Below are positions 1-7,052 of a stretch of DNA of 10,918 nt, in pieces (positions within the stretch are counted from its first letter, which is position 1; every line of letters starts with the position of its first letter). The stretch lies in assembly GCA_003133025.1 (NCBI GenBank), contig PKZK01000170.1, positions 1 through 10,918 on the forward strand. The letters run 5' to 3'. Source of the DNA: Vulcanimicrobiota bacterium. GTDB lineage: Bacteria; Vulcanimicrobiota; Vulcanimicrobiia; Vulcanimicrobiales; Vulcanimicrobiaceae. A program made the translations under genes and the position numbers. Below the pieces are notes generated by a model. The model was not told the origin of the DNA. It worked only from the letters and a program-made list of their open reading frames with translations, and ran no database searches.

Positions 1-508
1 CCACCGCGGCGGCCGCGCCGCGCGCGACCAGTTCGCTCGCGGCCGCGTGCATCTGCGCGAGATCGCGCACCGGCCGCTCGAGCAGCACCTCCGCCTCGTC
101 GAGGTTCGGCGTCACGAGGCTCACGTGCGGGATCAGCGTCCAGGCGATCGCGGCCGCGTCGTCGCGGGTCAACGCCCCGCCCGCGCTGGCCAGAAACGCC
201 GGATCGTAGACGCTCGGCACGGTGCGCGCGGCGAGCGCGCGCACGACTTCGCGTGCGCTGTCGAGCGTCGGTAGCGCGCCGATGCGAAACGCGTCGATGG
301 GCGCGGAGGCGATCGACTCCAACTGCGCGCGCAGCGCCGCCGGCGGTAGCGGGAACAGCGCACCGACGCCGCCGCCGTCCTGTGCGGAGACGGCCGCGAC
401 GACCGTCAACGGATGCGCCCCGAGTTCGGCCAGCGCGCGCACGTCGAGCGTCAGGCCCGCGGCGCTCCACGGCTCGGTGGTGCCGATCGCACAGACGACG
501 GGTTTCAC
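1..508 (-). CDS. thiD: Hydroxymethylpyrimidine/phosphomethylpyrimidine kinase (ThiD, ribokinase/PfkB fold), 5' part; runs off the window
   Basis: Not in the ORF track because it has no stop in the window. Manual translation from GTG 508 gives MKPVVCAIGTTEPWSAAGLTLDVRALAELGAHPLTVVAAVSAQD...DAFRIGAL...VYDPAFLASAGGAL...LIPHVSLVTPNLDEAEVLL, matching the ThiD pattern (TAQN, KIGML, VxDPV, TPNxxEA). The start overlaps the thiE stop (GTGA). Confidence 0.85.
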   Translation of the reverse strand, partial: MKPVVCAIGTTEPWSAAGLTLDVRALAELGAHPLTVVAAVSAQDGGGVGALFPLPPAALRAQLESIASAPIDAFRIGALPTLDSAREVVRALAARTVPSVYDPAFLASAGGALTRDDAAAIAWTLIPHVSLVTPNLDEAEVLLERPVRDLAQMHAAASELVARGAAAAV

Positions 509-1149
509 GCGCGCACGCGCGCCCAGCCCGCAACGAACTCACGCGCGCGGCGCTCGGGATCGGCGGCGCGCGCCAGCGCCGAAACGAGCGCCACCATCCG
601 CGCTCCCGCGCCCGCGATCTCGGGAAGGTCGCCGAAGTCGATGCCGCCGATCGCCGCGACCGGCAGCGGCACGGCCGAACACACCGCGGCGAGTCCGGCC
701 ACGCCGATCGCATCGCCCGCATCGGACTTTGTCGCAGTGGTCTTGAACGGCCCGGTGCCCACGTAATCGGCACCCTCGGCCAATGCGCGCAGCGCTTCGC
801 CGGGAAGCCCGCACGAAACGCCGAGCACCTTGCCCGCGAGCGTTGCGCGCAGTGCGGCGGCGTCGATGCCGCGCCGGCGCAGGGCTTCCAGGTCTTCCTG
901 GCCCGCATGCAGGCCGTCGGCCTCCAGCGCCGCGTCGAGATCGTCGTTGACGATCAGCAGCGCGCCGGCGGGCCGGGTGCGCGCGAGCAACGCGCGCAGC
1001 AGCGCGCGCTCGACGCCCTGCTTGGCGCGCAGTTGGATCAGGCGCACCCCGCCCGCGAGGATCGCGTCGAGGAAGCGCTCCGCATCGGGCGTCACCGCCG
1101 TATCGACCAGCGCGTAGACGCCTTCGAGCACGAAAAGAGGCCGCGTCAC
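505..1149 (-). CDS. thiE: Thiamine-phosphate synthase
   Basis: C-terminal 214 aa of ORF 505..1791 carry ThiE motifs IQLRAK, LIVNDD, GLHAGQED, GVS, DYVGTGPFKTTATK and AIGGI. Start placed at GTG 1149, preceded by GAAGGGG. Confidence 0.93.
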   Translation of the reverse strand: MTRPLFVLEGVYALVDTAVTPDAERFLDAILAGGVRLIQLRAKQGVERALLRALLARTRPAGALLIVNDDLDAALEADGLHAGQEDLEALRRRGIDAAALRATLAGKVLGVSCGLPGEALRALAEGADYVGTGPFKTTATKSDAGDAIGVAGLAAVCSAVPLPVAAIGGIDFGDLPEIAGAGARMVALVSALARAADPERRAREFVAGWARVRA

Positions 1150-1154
1150 CGCGA

Positions 1155-1170
1155 CCCCTTCACCATCGTA
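1155..1170 (-). promoter_or_regulatory. Putative -10 element (TACGAT) and Shine-Dalgarno of thiE-thiD
   Basis: Minus strand reads TACGAT-GGTG-AAGGGG-TCGCG-GTG. No convincing -35 element. Confidence 0.35.
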
Positions 1171-1193
1171 ACGGCCGCGCCCGGCCGGGAAAG

Positions 1194-1847
1194 CTACGGC
1201 TGGACGACGACCGTGATGCCGCCCTGCACGCCGCTGCCCACGGCGGTCGCAACCAAGCGCAAACAGTAGTTGGTGCTGCCCGTCGCCGGCAGAATCGGCG
1301 TGATGCTCGCATCGTACTGGTTGGGGTTGTTCGCATCGGGAACCGGCACGGTCGGCGGACCGACGAAAATCTGCGAAGCCTGCTGCACGTAATTCGGGCC
1401 GGGGTTCGGGTTGGGCAGCAGAATCTGCTGCGCGGCGAGTTGCGTGTAGCCGATGTAGAACGGGAAGGGATTGCCGCCGCTGCCCTGCTGCAGCAGCGAA
1501 TTGACCAGCGGCGTCTGTGCCGGGGCGCCGCACGTGCTCTGACCGTTGGGTGAACCACCGGTCTGAAAGGTCGTGCCGGCCGGCAGATAGGTGGCGGCCC
1601 AGGTGAATTTCACGTCGGGGATGATCGTCGACGTGGCACCCGTTCCGTTGACCGCGGTGCCGGCGACCAGAATCGGCGCGTTGCCCTGGTAGGAAACGAA
1701 GAAGTCGTTGACCTGGCCGGAGCCGTTGGTGAAGACGATGCCGGTGGGCGTTTGATTTCCGCCCGTGCTGAGGCCGGTGCCTCCCGAGCATGCGGTCAGC
1801 GCGGCGAGACCGCCCGTGGCGACCAGCGTAAGGGCTAGACGACGCAT
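1194..1847 (-). CDS. Hypothetical lipoprotein (217 aa, G/T/P/N/Q-rich, probably beta-rich)
   Basis: GGGAG SD 6 nt before ATG. Signal peptide MRRLALTLVATGGLAALTAC with lipobox LTAC, followed by a Gly/Thr linker. Two further Cys residues could form a disulfide. Confidence 0.8.
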   Translation of the reverse strand: MRRLALTLVATGGLAALTACSGGTGLSTGGNQTPTGIVFTNGSGQVNDFFVSYQGNAPILVAGTAVNGTGATSTIIPDVKFTWAATYLPAGTTFQTGGSPNGQSTCGAPAQTPLVNSLLQQGSGGNPFPFYIGYTQLAAQQILLPNPNPGPNYVQQASQIFVGPPTVPVPDANNPNQYDASITPILPATGSTNYCLRLVATAVGSGVQGGITVVVQP

Positions 1848-1870
1848 GTTGAACTCCCGTTGTGAACGAG

Positions 1871-1907
1871 AAAAAGGTCGACGGCCTTCTTACAGTTCCG
1901 CCGTCGA
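1871..1907 (-). terminator. Putative intrinsic terminator or attenuator hairpin
   Basis: Minus strand TCGACGGC-(14-nt loop)-GCCGTCGA followed by CCTTTTTCT. Arms at 1900-1907 and 1878-1885. Confidence 0.45.
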
Positions 1908-2023
1908 TGCCGAGCCGACATTGGCCCCCCTCCTACCGGTCTCCTGTCGCGCAGCACTGGGCCACAAAGCGCCGTTTTGCGCCGCTTTCCGAAGCCGCCG
2001 CCGGCGTCGGGTTCGCGTTGAGC

Positions 2024-2857
2024 CTAGGCCGGAACGGAAATTGCGGGCAGCGGAATTTCGAACGGTGCGTCGTCGCCGTCGCGCAGATTCGGCGCGACGG
2101 TCAGGCTCAGCGAACGCGGCGTGAAACGGTCGGGCGTGAAGAAGGTCAGGGCGCCCGTGTATTCCGCGCTCGCCGCAAGGGGTAAGCCCAGGCGCAACGT
2201 GCGGTCGGTGAGGCCCGCGACCTTGGTATCGATCAGATGGTACGCCGTGCCCGCATCGTCGCGCAGCACGCTGCGCCCGTAAGGCAAGAGCGTCACCTGA
2301 CCCTCGCCCGCGTTGATGAACGTCACCAGAAATTCCACGCGGCCGGTGAAAAACGAGACCTTGCGCACGATCGCGCGCAATTTCTCGACCTCGGCTGCGG
2401 CGCCGTCGGGCGTGAACGCCTTCCACGGCTTATACGGGTCCTTGATGCGCACCGCGCCGCCCTCGCCGAGCAAACCGTAGGCCACGCGCGCCGTCGCCGA
2501 CGCCGTCGCCTGATGGGCGTGATCGAAAAACGAGACCTTCTCGGAGACGACGACCACCGTGCCGAGCGAACCGGCCGGCTCGACGCGCAGCACCTTGTAC
2601 TTGCCGATGGTCAGGCGATCGGCGGCGAAGGCCGAGCCGAAGTTTTGCGCGGTGACGAAGTATTTGCGTTCGGCCGAGGTCAGCAGCCGGAACGCGTCGG
2701 CATAGCGACCCGCACCGAGCGCGCGGAGGTACCCGTCGAGCGCGGCGCGCTGCGCGGGGCTCAGCGTCGCCTGCGCTGCGGGCGCGGCCGCAAGCGCGGG
2801 CAACGACGCAGCCGTCATGCCGCTCGCGGCGAGGAGAAACAAGGTCCGGCGATTCAT
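2024..2857 (-). CDS. Exported hypothetical protein with twin-arginine-like signal peptide; C-terminal half resembles an Ig-like/DUF4352-type beta-sandwich
   Basis: MNRRTLFLLAASGMTAASLPALA contains RR, an h-region and an AxA site. The start overlaps the parB stop (ATGA). C-terminal pattern FLVTFINAGEGQVTL...LRDDAGTAY...LAASAEYTGALTF. The domain assignment is by eye only. Confidence 0.75.
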   Translation of the reverse strand: MNRRTLFLLAASGMTAASLPALAAAPAAQATLSPAQRAALDGYLRALGAGRYADAFRLLTSAERKYFVTAQNFGSAFAADRLTIGKYKVLRVEPAGSLGTVVVVSEKVSFFDHAHQATASATARVAYGLLGEGGAVRIKDPYKPWKAFTPDGAAAEVEKLRAIVRKVSFFTGRVEFLVTFINAGEGQVTLLPYGRSVLRDDAGTAYHLIDTKVAGLTDRTLRLGLPLAASAEYTGALTFFTPDRFTPRSLSLTVAPNLRDGDDAPFEIPLPAISVPA

Positions 2858-3729
2858 GCGTCCTCGGGCAGGATGACGTCGACGATGCGCGCGAGATCCG
2901 CCGCGCTCGAAAAGCGAATTTCGATGCGGCCGTCGCCGGCGGCGGCGGCAACGATGCCGACCGGCGCGCCGAGCCGGTAGCGCAGCCGGCTTTCGACCGC
3001 CTCGAGGTCGGCGGACTTGCGCGCCTGCGCCGCGCGTGCAGGCGGCGCAGCCGTTTTTTCGCGCCGCTTCGCGCTCATGCGTTCGATGTCGCGCACGGTG
3101 AGTTCGTCGCGCTCGACCTGTTCGGCGATGCTGTTGCGAATCGCCGGATCCAAGGCCAATAAGGCGCGCGCGTGACCGACGCTCAAGGCGCCGCGACGCA
3201 GCCGCGCCTTGATGGCGTCGTCGAGAGCCAATAAGCGCAAAGCGTTGGTGACCGCGGGGCGGCTCTTGCCCACGCGCTCGGCGACGCGTTCCTGCGTGAA
3301 GGCGAACTCGTCGATCAGGTGTTGAAAACCCATCGCCTCCTCGAGCGGATCGAGACCCTGACGCTGCAGGTTTTCGACGATTGCGACTTCGAGGCTCGTG
3401 CGGTCGTCGACGCTGCGCACGATCGCCGGAATCGTCGTCAAGCCGGCGGCGGACGCCGCGCGCCAGCGGCGCTCGCCCGCGACCAATTCGAACACGCCGG
3501 GCTGGGCGGATAACGGACGCACGATGATCGGCACGAGCACGCCGAGTTCTCGAATCGACTGTTCGAGTTCGCCCAAACTCTCGGCGTCGAAGGTCGTGCG
3601 CGGTTGACGCGGATTGGGCCGGATCGCATCGACGGGCACCTCGCTCGTCGCGCCTTCGCGCGCATTCTCGGGCGGACGCTGATCCCCGAGCAACGCGCCG
3701 AGGCCGCGACCGAGTCCGCGTTTGGTCAT
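2854..3729 (-). CDS. parB: Chromosome partitioning CTPase ParB/Spo0J
   Basis: Starts MTKRGLGRGLGALL (ParA-interacting peptide), then PNPRQPR, GERRWRA (GxxRxxA CTP motif), ENLQR and HTH TQERVAERVGKSRPAVTNALRLL. ATG 3729 overlaps the parA stop (ATGA). Confidence 0.97.
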   Translation of the reverse strand: MTKRGLGRGLGALLGDQRPPENAREGATSEVPVDAIRPNPRQPRTTFDAESLGELEQSIRELGVLVPIIVRPLSAQPGVFELVAGERRWRAASAAGLTTIPAIVRSVDDRTSLEVAIVENLQRQGLDPLEEAMGFQHLIDEFAFTQERVAERVGKSRPAVTNALRLLALDDAIKARLRRGALSVGHARALLALDPAIRNSIAEQVERDELTVRDIERMSAKRREKTAAPPARAAQARKSADLEAVESRLRYRLGAPVGIVAAAAGDGRIEIRFSSAADLARIVDVILPEDA

Positions 3730-4499
3730 CGCACGGCCTCGGTGCCCGCGGCCACTTCGCGCGCGAGCGCGAGATAGGCTTGCGCGCCGCGGCTCTTCAC
3801 GTCGAAGAGCGCCGCGGGTTTGCCGAACGAGGGGGCCTCGGAAAGCCTGATGTTGCGAGGGATCTGCGTGCGAAACACCTGGTCGGGAAAATACGCGTTG
3901 ACTTCGTCGAGCACTTCGGTCGCGAGCTTGGTGCGCCCGTCGAACATCGTGACGAGCACGCCGGTCAAACGCAGATTCGGATTGAGCGCTTCGCGAATGC
4001 GCTGCACGACGGAGGTCAATTGCGAGAGACCTTCCAGCGCGTAATATTCCGCTTGCACCGGGATCAACACTTCGCTCGCCGCGGTCAAGGCGTTGAGCGT
4101 CAACAACCCCAGCGACGGCGGGCAATCGATCAACACGAATTCGTAGCGCGAAGCGAGCGGCGCGAGCACCGTCTTGAGCCGCGTTTCGCGCGACAGCGCG
4201 GAGACGAGTTCGATCTCCGCGCCGGCCAGCGCCATCGTGGCCGGAATGATGTCGAGATTGGCGACGCCCGCGGGCAGCACCGCATCGGCCGCCGGAACGC
4301 CGGAAAGTAATACGCCGTAGATATCACGCTCGAGCCCGCGTTTGTCGATACCCAAGCCGCTGCTGGTATTGCCTTGCGGATCGATGTCGATCAAGAGCAC
4401 GCTGTGGCCCAAGAGCGCAAGCGACGCGCCGAGATTGACGGCGGTCGTGCTCTTGCCGACGCCGCCTTTCTGATTGACGATAGCGATCGTGCGCGTCAC
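3726..4499 (-). CDS. parA: Chromosome partitioning ATPase ParA/Soj
   Basis: Deviant Walker A NQKGGVGKSTT, DIDPQGN, IDCPPSLG, PVQAEYYALEG and IPRNIRLSEAPSFG. Start at GTG 4499 with GGAG 5 nt upstream, overlapping the stop of the upstream ORF (GTGA); 257 aa. Confidence 0.97.
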   Translation of the reverse strand: MTRTIAIVNQKGGVGKSTTAVNLGASLALLGHSVLLIDIDPQGNTSSGLGIDKRGLERDIYGVLLSGVPAADAVLPAGVANLDIIPATMALAGAEIELVSALSRETRLKTVLAPLASRYEFVLIDCPPSLGLLTLNALTAASEVLIPVQAEYYALEGLSQLTSVVQRIREALNPNLRLTGVLVTMFDGRTKLATEVLDEVNAYFPDQVFRTQIPRNIRLSEAPSFGKPAALFDVKSRGAQAYLALAREVAAGTEAVR

Positions 4500-4867
4500 G
4501 CGCGCTCCGCCGGCACCGGCGCATCGAGACCGTAGCGGCGCTTCATTGCGGAATACCGTGCGTAGCTGTGTTCGTCGATCTCGGCCCAGGGCAGCGAATC
4601 GAGTAACGGCACGAGGCGCTCGACCAGCGCGTTGCCGCGGAACATCAATTGATAGTACGTGCGTCCTCCGTGCGCGTAGGGACCGTAGAGCCGCCCGAGG
4701 GGCCAACGGTCGAGCAGCCACTCGAACAACCGGCGGTGCCGGACGTGCATGCGGAGCGTCACCTGCGGCTGCTTTCCGTCGCCGCCGAAAGAGCCCTCGC
4801 CAATCAGGACGCCCAGGAGCACGCCCAACGCGAAAGGATCGCTGCCCGGCTGGTCTGAAGGTTCCAT
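4496..4867 (-). CDS. Stand-alone single-motif LAGLIDADG-fold protein (homing-endonuclease-like, probable DNA-binding protein)
   Basis: 123 aa. N-terminal helix FALGVLLGVLIGEGSF fits the LAGLIDADG motif (L-x-G-x-x-x-G-[DE]-G-S). It is followed by QVTLRM, helix RRLFEWLLDRWPLG, hairpin RLYGPY...YYQLMFRG and helix ALVERLVPLLD. It fills the gap between cca and parA and is coupled to parA by GTGA. Confidence 0.72.
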   Translation of the reverse strand: MEPSDQPGSDPFALGVLLGVLIGEGSFGGDGKQPQVTLRMHVRHRRLFEWLLDRWPLGRLYGPYAHGGRTYYQLMFRGNALVERLVPLLDSLPWAEIDEHSYARYSAMKRRYGLDAPVPAERA

Positions 4868-4873
4868 CGCCGA

Positions 4874-4879
4874 AGCCTA
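4874..4879 (-). promoter_or_regulatory. Putative -10 (TAGGCT) for a leaderless transcript starting at ATG 4867
   Basis: Minus strand CAGTA-TAGGCT-TCGGCG-ATG: TAnnnT 6 nt before ATG, with no SD. Confidence 0.45.
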
Positions 4880-4892
4880 TACTGTTTCACTG

Positions 4893-6299
4893 TCACGTTT
4901 CCTGTGAAACATCGGCGCGTTGCCCGGCGACGGCCTCGGCTTCCCGGTGTAAAATGGCGAGCTGCCCTTCGCGATCCAGGCCCGGATCGTCGAGCACGGC
5001 TTCCAGAACCGCGCGGAGCAAGATGCCGACCGCCGGGCCGCCACGCGAGCCCCTCGGGAGGCGTCCCGCGGCAACGAGCGCGTCGATCGCATCGGCGCCG
5101 CTGACGGCCAGATCCTTGACGGACAACGGCGGGCGCTCAGCGAGCGTTTGCCACACGCGCTCCTGGAACTGCTCGTTCTCCGGGCCGCGTTTGGGCAGAC
5201 CGCTGCCCGCGATGTCGGCCGCACGCACGGCGAACTGCAATTCCAGATTATCGATGCCCACGCGATTGATGAAGCGTCGGATTGCGGCCGGCGACAGCGC
5301 CGGATCGGCCTGGTACATATGCTGCCGCACGAGCCGCTCGGTCCGCTCGACGATCTCGCCGGGAAAGCGCAGCCGCAGGAGCAGCTCTCGCACCATGTCG
5401 GCGCCGACGTGCTCGTGCCGGTAGAAGTGCGGCCCATCCTTGGTCCGCGGCTTCCCGACGTCGTGGAGCAGGGCGGAGATGCGCAGCAACAGGTCGCCCG
5501 GCGGCGTGGCGTCGACGGTGGCCAACCCGTGGCCGAGCACGTCGAACGCGTGGAAGACGTTCTGCTCGACGCCGGCGCCCTCGTCCAGCTCCGGCAAGAC
5601 GTAGGCGAGCATACCCGTCTCGCGCATGATCGCAAATCCGGCCGACGGACGCGGCGCCAGCTCAATCAGTTTGATCAGTTCGTCGCGTACGCGCTCGGGC
5701 GAGACCGTGGCAACCAGCGGCGCGGCCTCGCGCATCGCCTCGAGCGTCGCGGCCGTGATCGCAAAATCGAATCGGGCCGCGAACTGGCAGGCCCGCAGCA
5801 GCCGCAGCGGGTCTTCCAGAAAGGCCTCGGGCTTGAGCACGTCGATCCGGCGCGCCTCGATGTCGGCCACGCCGCCGTACGGATCGACGAGCGCGCCGCT
5901 GCCCACGGCGCGGGCCAGCATATTGATGCGGAAGTCGCGACGCGCCAGATCGTCCTCGAGGGAGACGTCCGGTCCCGCCTCGACGGCGAAATCGCGATGC
6001 CCCACACCGGTCGAGCGCTCCCGGCGCGGCAGGGCGACGTCGACGGTCAGTCCGTCGAGCGTGCACTTGACGACGGCGAACGACACGCCGACCAGTTCGG
6101 CGCGGCCCACGGAAGCCAAGCGCGCGACCAGGTCGTCGAGCTCGATGCCGGTGACGACGTAGTCGAGATCCTTGGCCGGACGCGGGACGCCGTCGAGCGC
6201 CGAACGCACCTCGTCGCGGACGCGGCCGCCAACCGCATACAGCGCTCCCGCCGGCAACGCCGCGGCGAGGCGCCGGTCGACCGACTCGGCGTCAAGCAT
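4893..6299 (-). CDS. cca: CCA tRNA nucleotidyltransferase (class II) with HD domain
   Basis: VGGRVRD...KDLD, flexible loop (RRERSTGVGHRDF), EDDLARRDFRIN, EDPLRLLRA, SPERVRDEL and HD motif LLHDVGK. The start overlaps the rsmG stop by 8 nt. Confidence 0.9.
   Translation of the reverse strand: MLDAESVDRRLAAALPAGALYAVGGRVRDEVRSALDGVPRPAKDLDYVVTGIELDDLVARLASVGRAELVGVSFAVVKCTLDGLTVDVALPRRERSTGVGHRDFAVEAGPDVSLEDDLARRDFRINMLARAVGSGALVDPYGGVADIEARRIDVLKPEAFLEDPLRLLRACQFAARFDFAITAATLEAMREAAPLVATVSPERVRDELIKLIELAPRPSAGFAIMRETGMLAYVLPELDEGAGVEQNVFHAFDVLGHGLATVDATPPGDLLLRISALLHDVGKPRTKDGPHFYRHEHVGADMVRELLLRLRFPGEIVERTERLVRQHMYQADPALSPAAIRRFINRVGIDNLELQFAVRAADIAGSGLPKRGPENEQFQERVWQTLAERPPLSVKDLAVSGADAIDALVAAGRLPRGSRGGPAVGILLRAVLEAVLDDPGLDREGQLAILHREAEAVAGQRADVSQET
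4896..4911. promoter_or_regulatory. parS-like centromere site
   Basis: CGTTTCCTGTGAAACA matches the consensus TGTTTCACGTGAAACA at 13 of 16 positions. It encodes the DVSQET tail of cca and lies about 400 bp upstream of parA. An extra perfect half-site TGTTTCAC is at 4883-4890. Confidence 0.7.
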
Positions 6300-6978
6300 C
6301 CGCGCTACAGAGCGGGCGTCTTCCGGGCACGCCGCCCCGGCGGGGGAAACGCGCCGGCGTCGCGCCGCGCTTTTCGAAGATGACGATGCGGCGCACGCCT
6401 TCGAGCGGTATCTCTTCGACGCGGGCAGCGCCGAGCACGAGCGCGGCGTCGTCGGCCGCGTCCCGTTCGCCGGGTTCCTCGCGCCCGCGCTGCAAGAGCG
6501 CCCGGCCGCCGAGCGCCAGAAACGGCACCGTCAGCTCCAGCACCGTCGGGAGCGAAGCCACGCCCCGCGCGGTGGCGACGCTGAAGCGTTCCCGTAGGTC
6601 CGGTCTCCGTGCGGCATCCTCAGCGCGCAGGCAGAGGACCTGGCCCGCGATGCCCAGCGCCGCCAACATCTCCTCGAGGAAGCGGGCCTTCTTCGCGACC
6701 GACTCGATCAGCGTGACCGGCACGCCCGCGGCGAGCGCTAGCGGAATGGCCGGGAAGCCGCCGCCGCTCCCGATATCCACGAGCGGCCCGGTCACGAACT
6801 CTGCCACCGTCAGCGAGTCGCGAATATGCACGGCGACCGCCGACGGATCGCGCGCCGACGTCAAGTTGACCTTGGCGTTGCGCTCGAGCAGCAGGGCGCT
6901 GAAGCGCCCAAGGCGCTCGGCTATCGCCGGGTCGGGGTGAAGCGCCGCGTCGCTTTCATCCGGGGAAATGGGGCTCAT
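6292..6978 (-). CDS. rsmG: 16S rRNA m7G527 methyltransferase RsmG/GidB
   Basis: NAKVNLTS, HIRDSL, SAM motif DIGSGGGFPAIPLA, ESVAKKARFL, RAED and C-terminal PARFPRRGGVPGRRPL. Canonical position after mnmG. Start uncertain: ATG 6978 gives a typical 228 aa; ATG 7071 is an alternative. Confidence 0.93.
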   Translation of the reverse strand: MSPISPDESDAALHPDPAIAERLGRFSALLLERNAKVNLTSARDPSAVAVHIRDSLTVAEFVTGPLVDIGSGGGFPAIPLALAAGVPVTLIESVAKKARFLEEMLAALGIAGQVLCLRAEDAARRPDLRERFSVATARGVASLPTVLELTVPFLALGGRALLQRGREEPGERDAADDAALVLGAARVEEIPLEGVRRIVIFEKRGATPARFPRRGGVPGRRPLCSADA

Positions 6979-7052
6979 CCTTTCTCGATTGTCAGCAAAG
7001 TCCGCGTGCGGCCGCCAAATGCGACAGTCACCCGGGTGTCCATTATCCTGGA

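Noticed and set aside
1150..1193. TPP riboswitch expected upstream of thiE-thiD
   Set aside because: The spacer is only 44 nt and has no CUGAGA/ACCUG core. None is seen in 1848-2023 either.
1150..1791. Apparent 214-aa N-terminal extension of ThiE in ORF 505..1791
   Set aside because: It is an alternative frame of the lipoprotein gene. ThiE has its own SD and GTG at 1149.
3730..4721. N-terminal extensions of ParB (to 4125) and ParA (to 4721) in the ORF track
   Set aside because: They overlap upstream genes in other frames. The conserved N-termini and stop/start overlaps fix the starts at 3729 and 4499.
4496..4867. Intein or group I intron context for the LAGLIDADG-like ORF
   Set aside because: There are no intein splice-junction residues (N-terminal C/S, C-terminal HN), the neighbouring genes are uninterrupted, and there is no room for an intron core.
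47..6940. Other plus-strand and alternate-frame ORFs (e.g. 253..1269, 2237..2980, 4474..5424, 5148..6383)
   Set aside because: They are Arg/Ala/Pro-rich shadows of well-supported minus-strand genes, with no family motifs.
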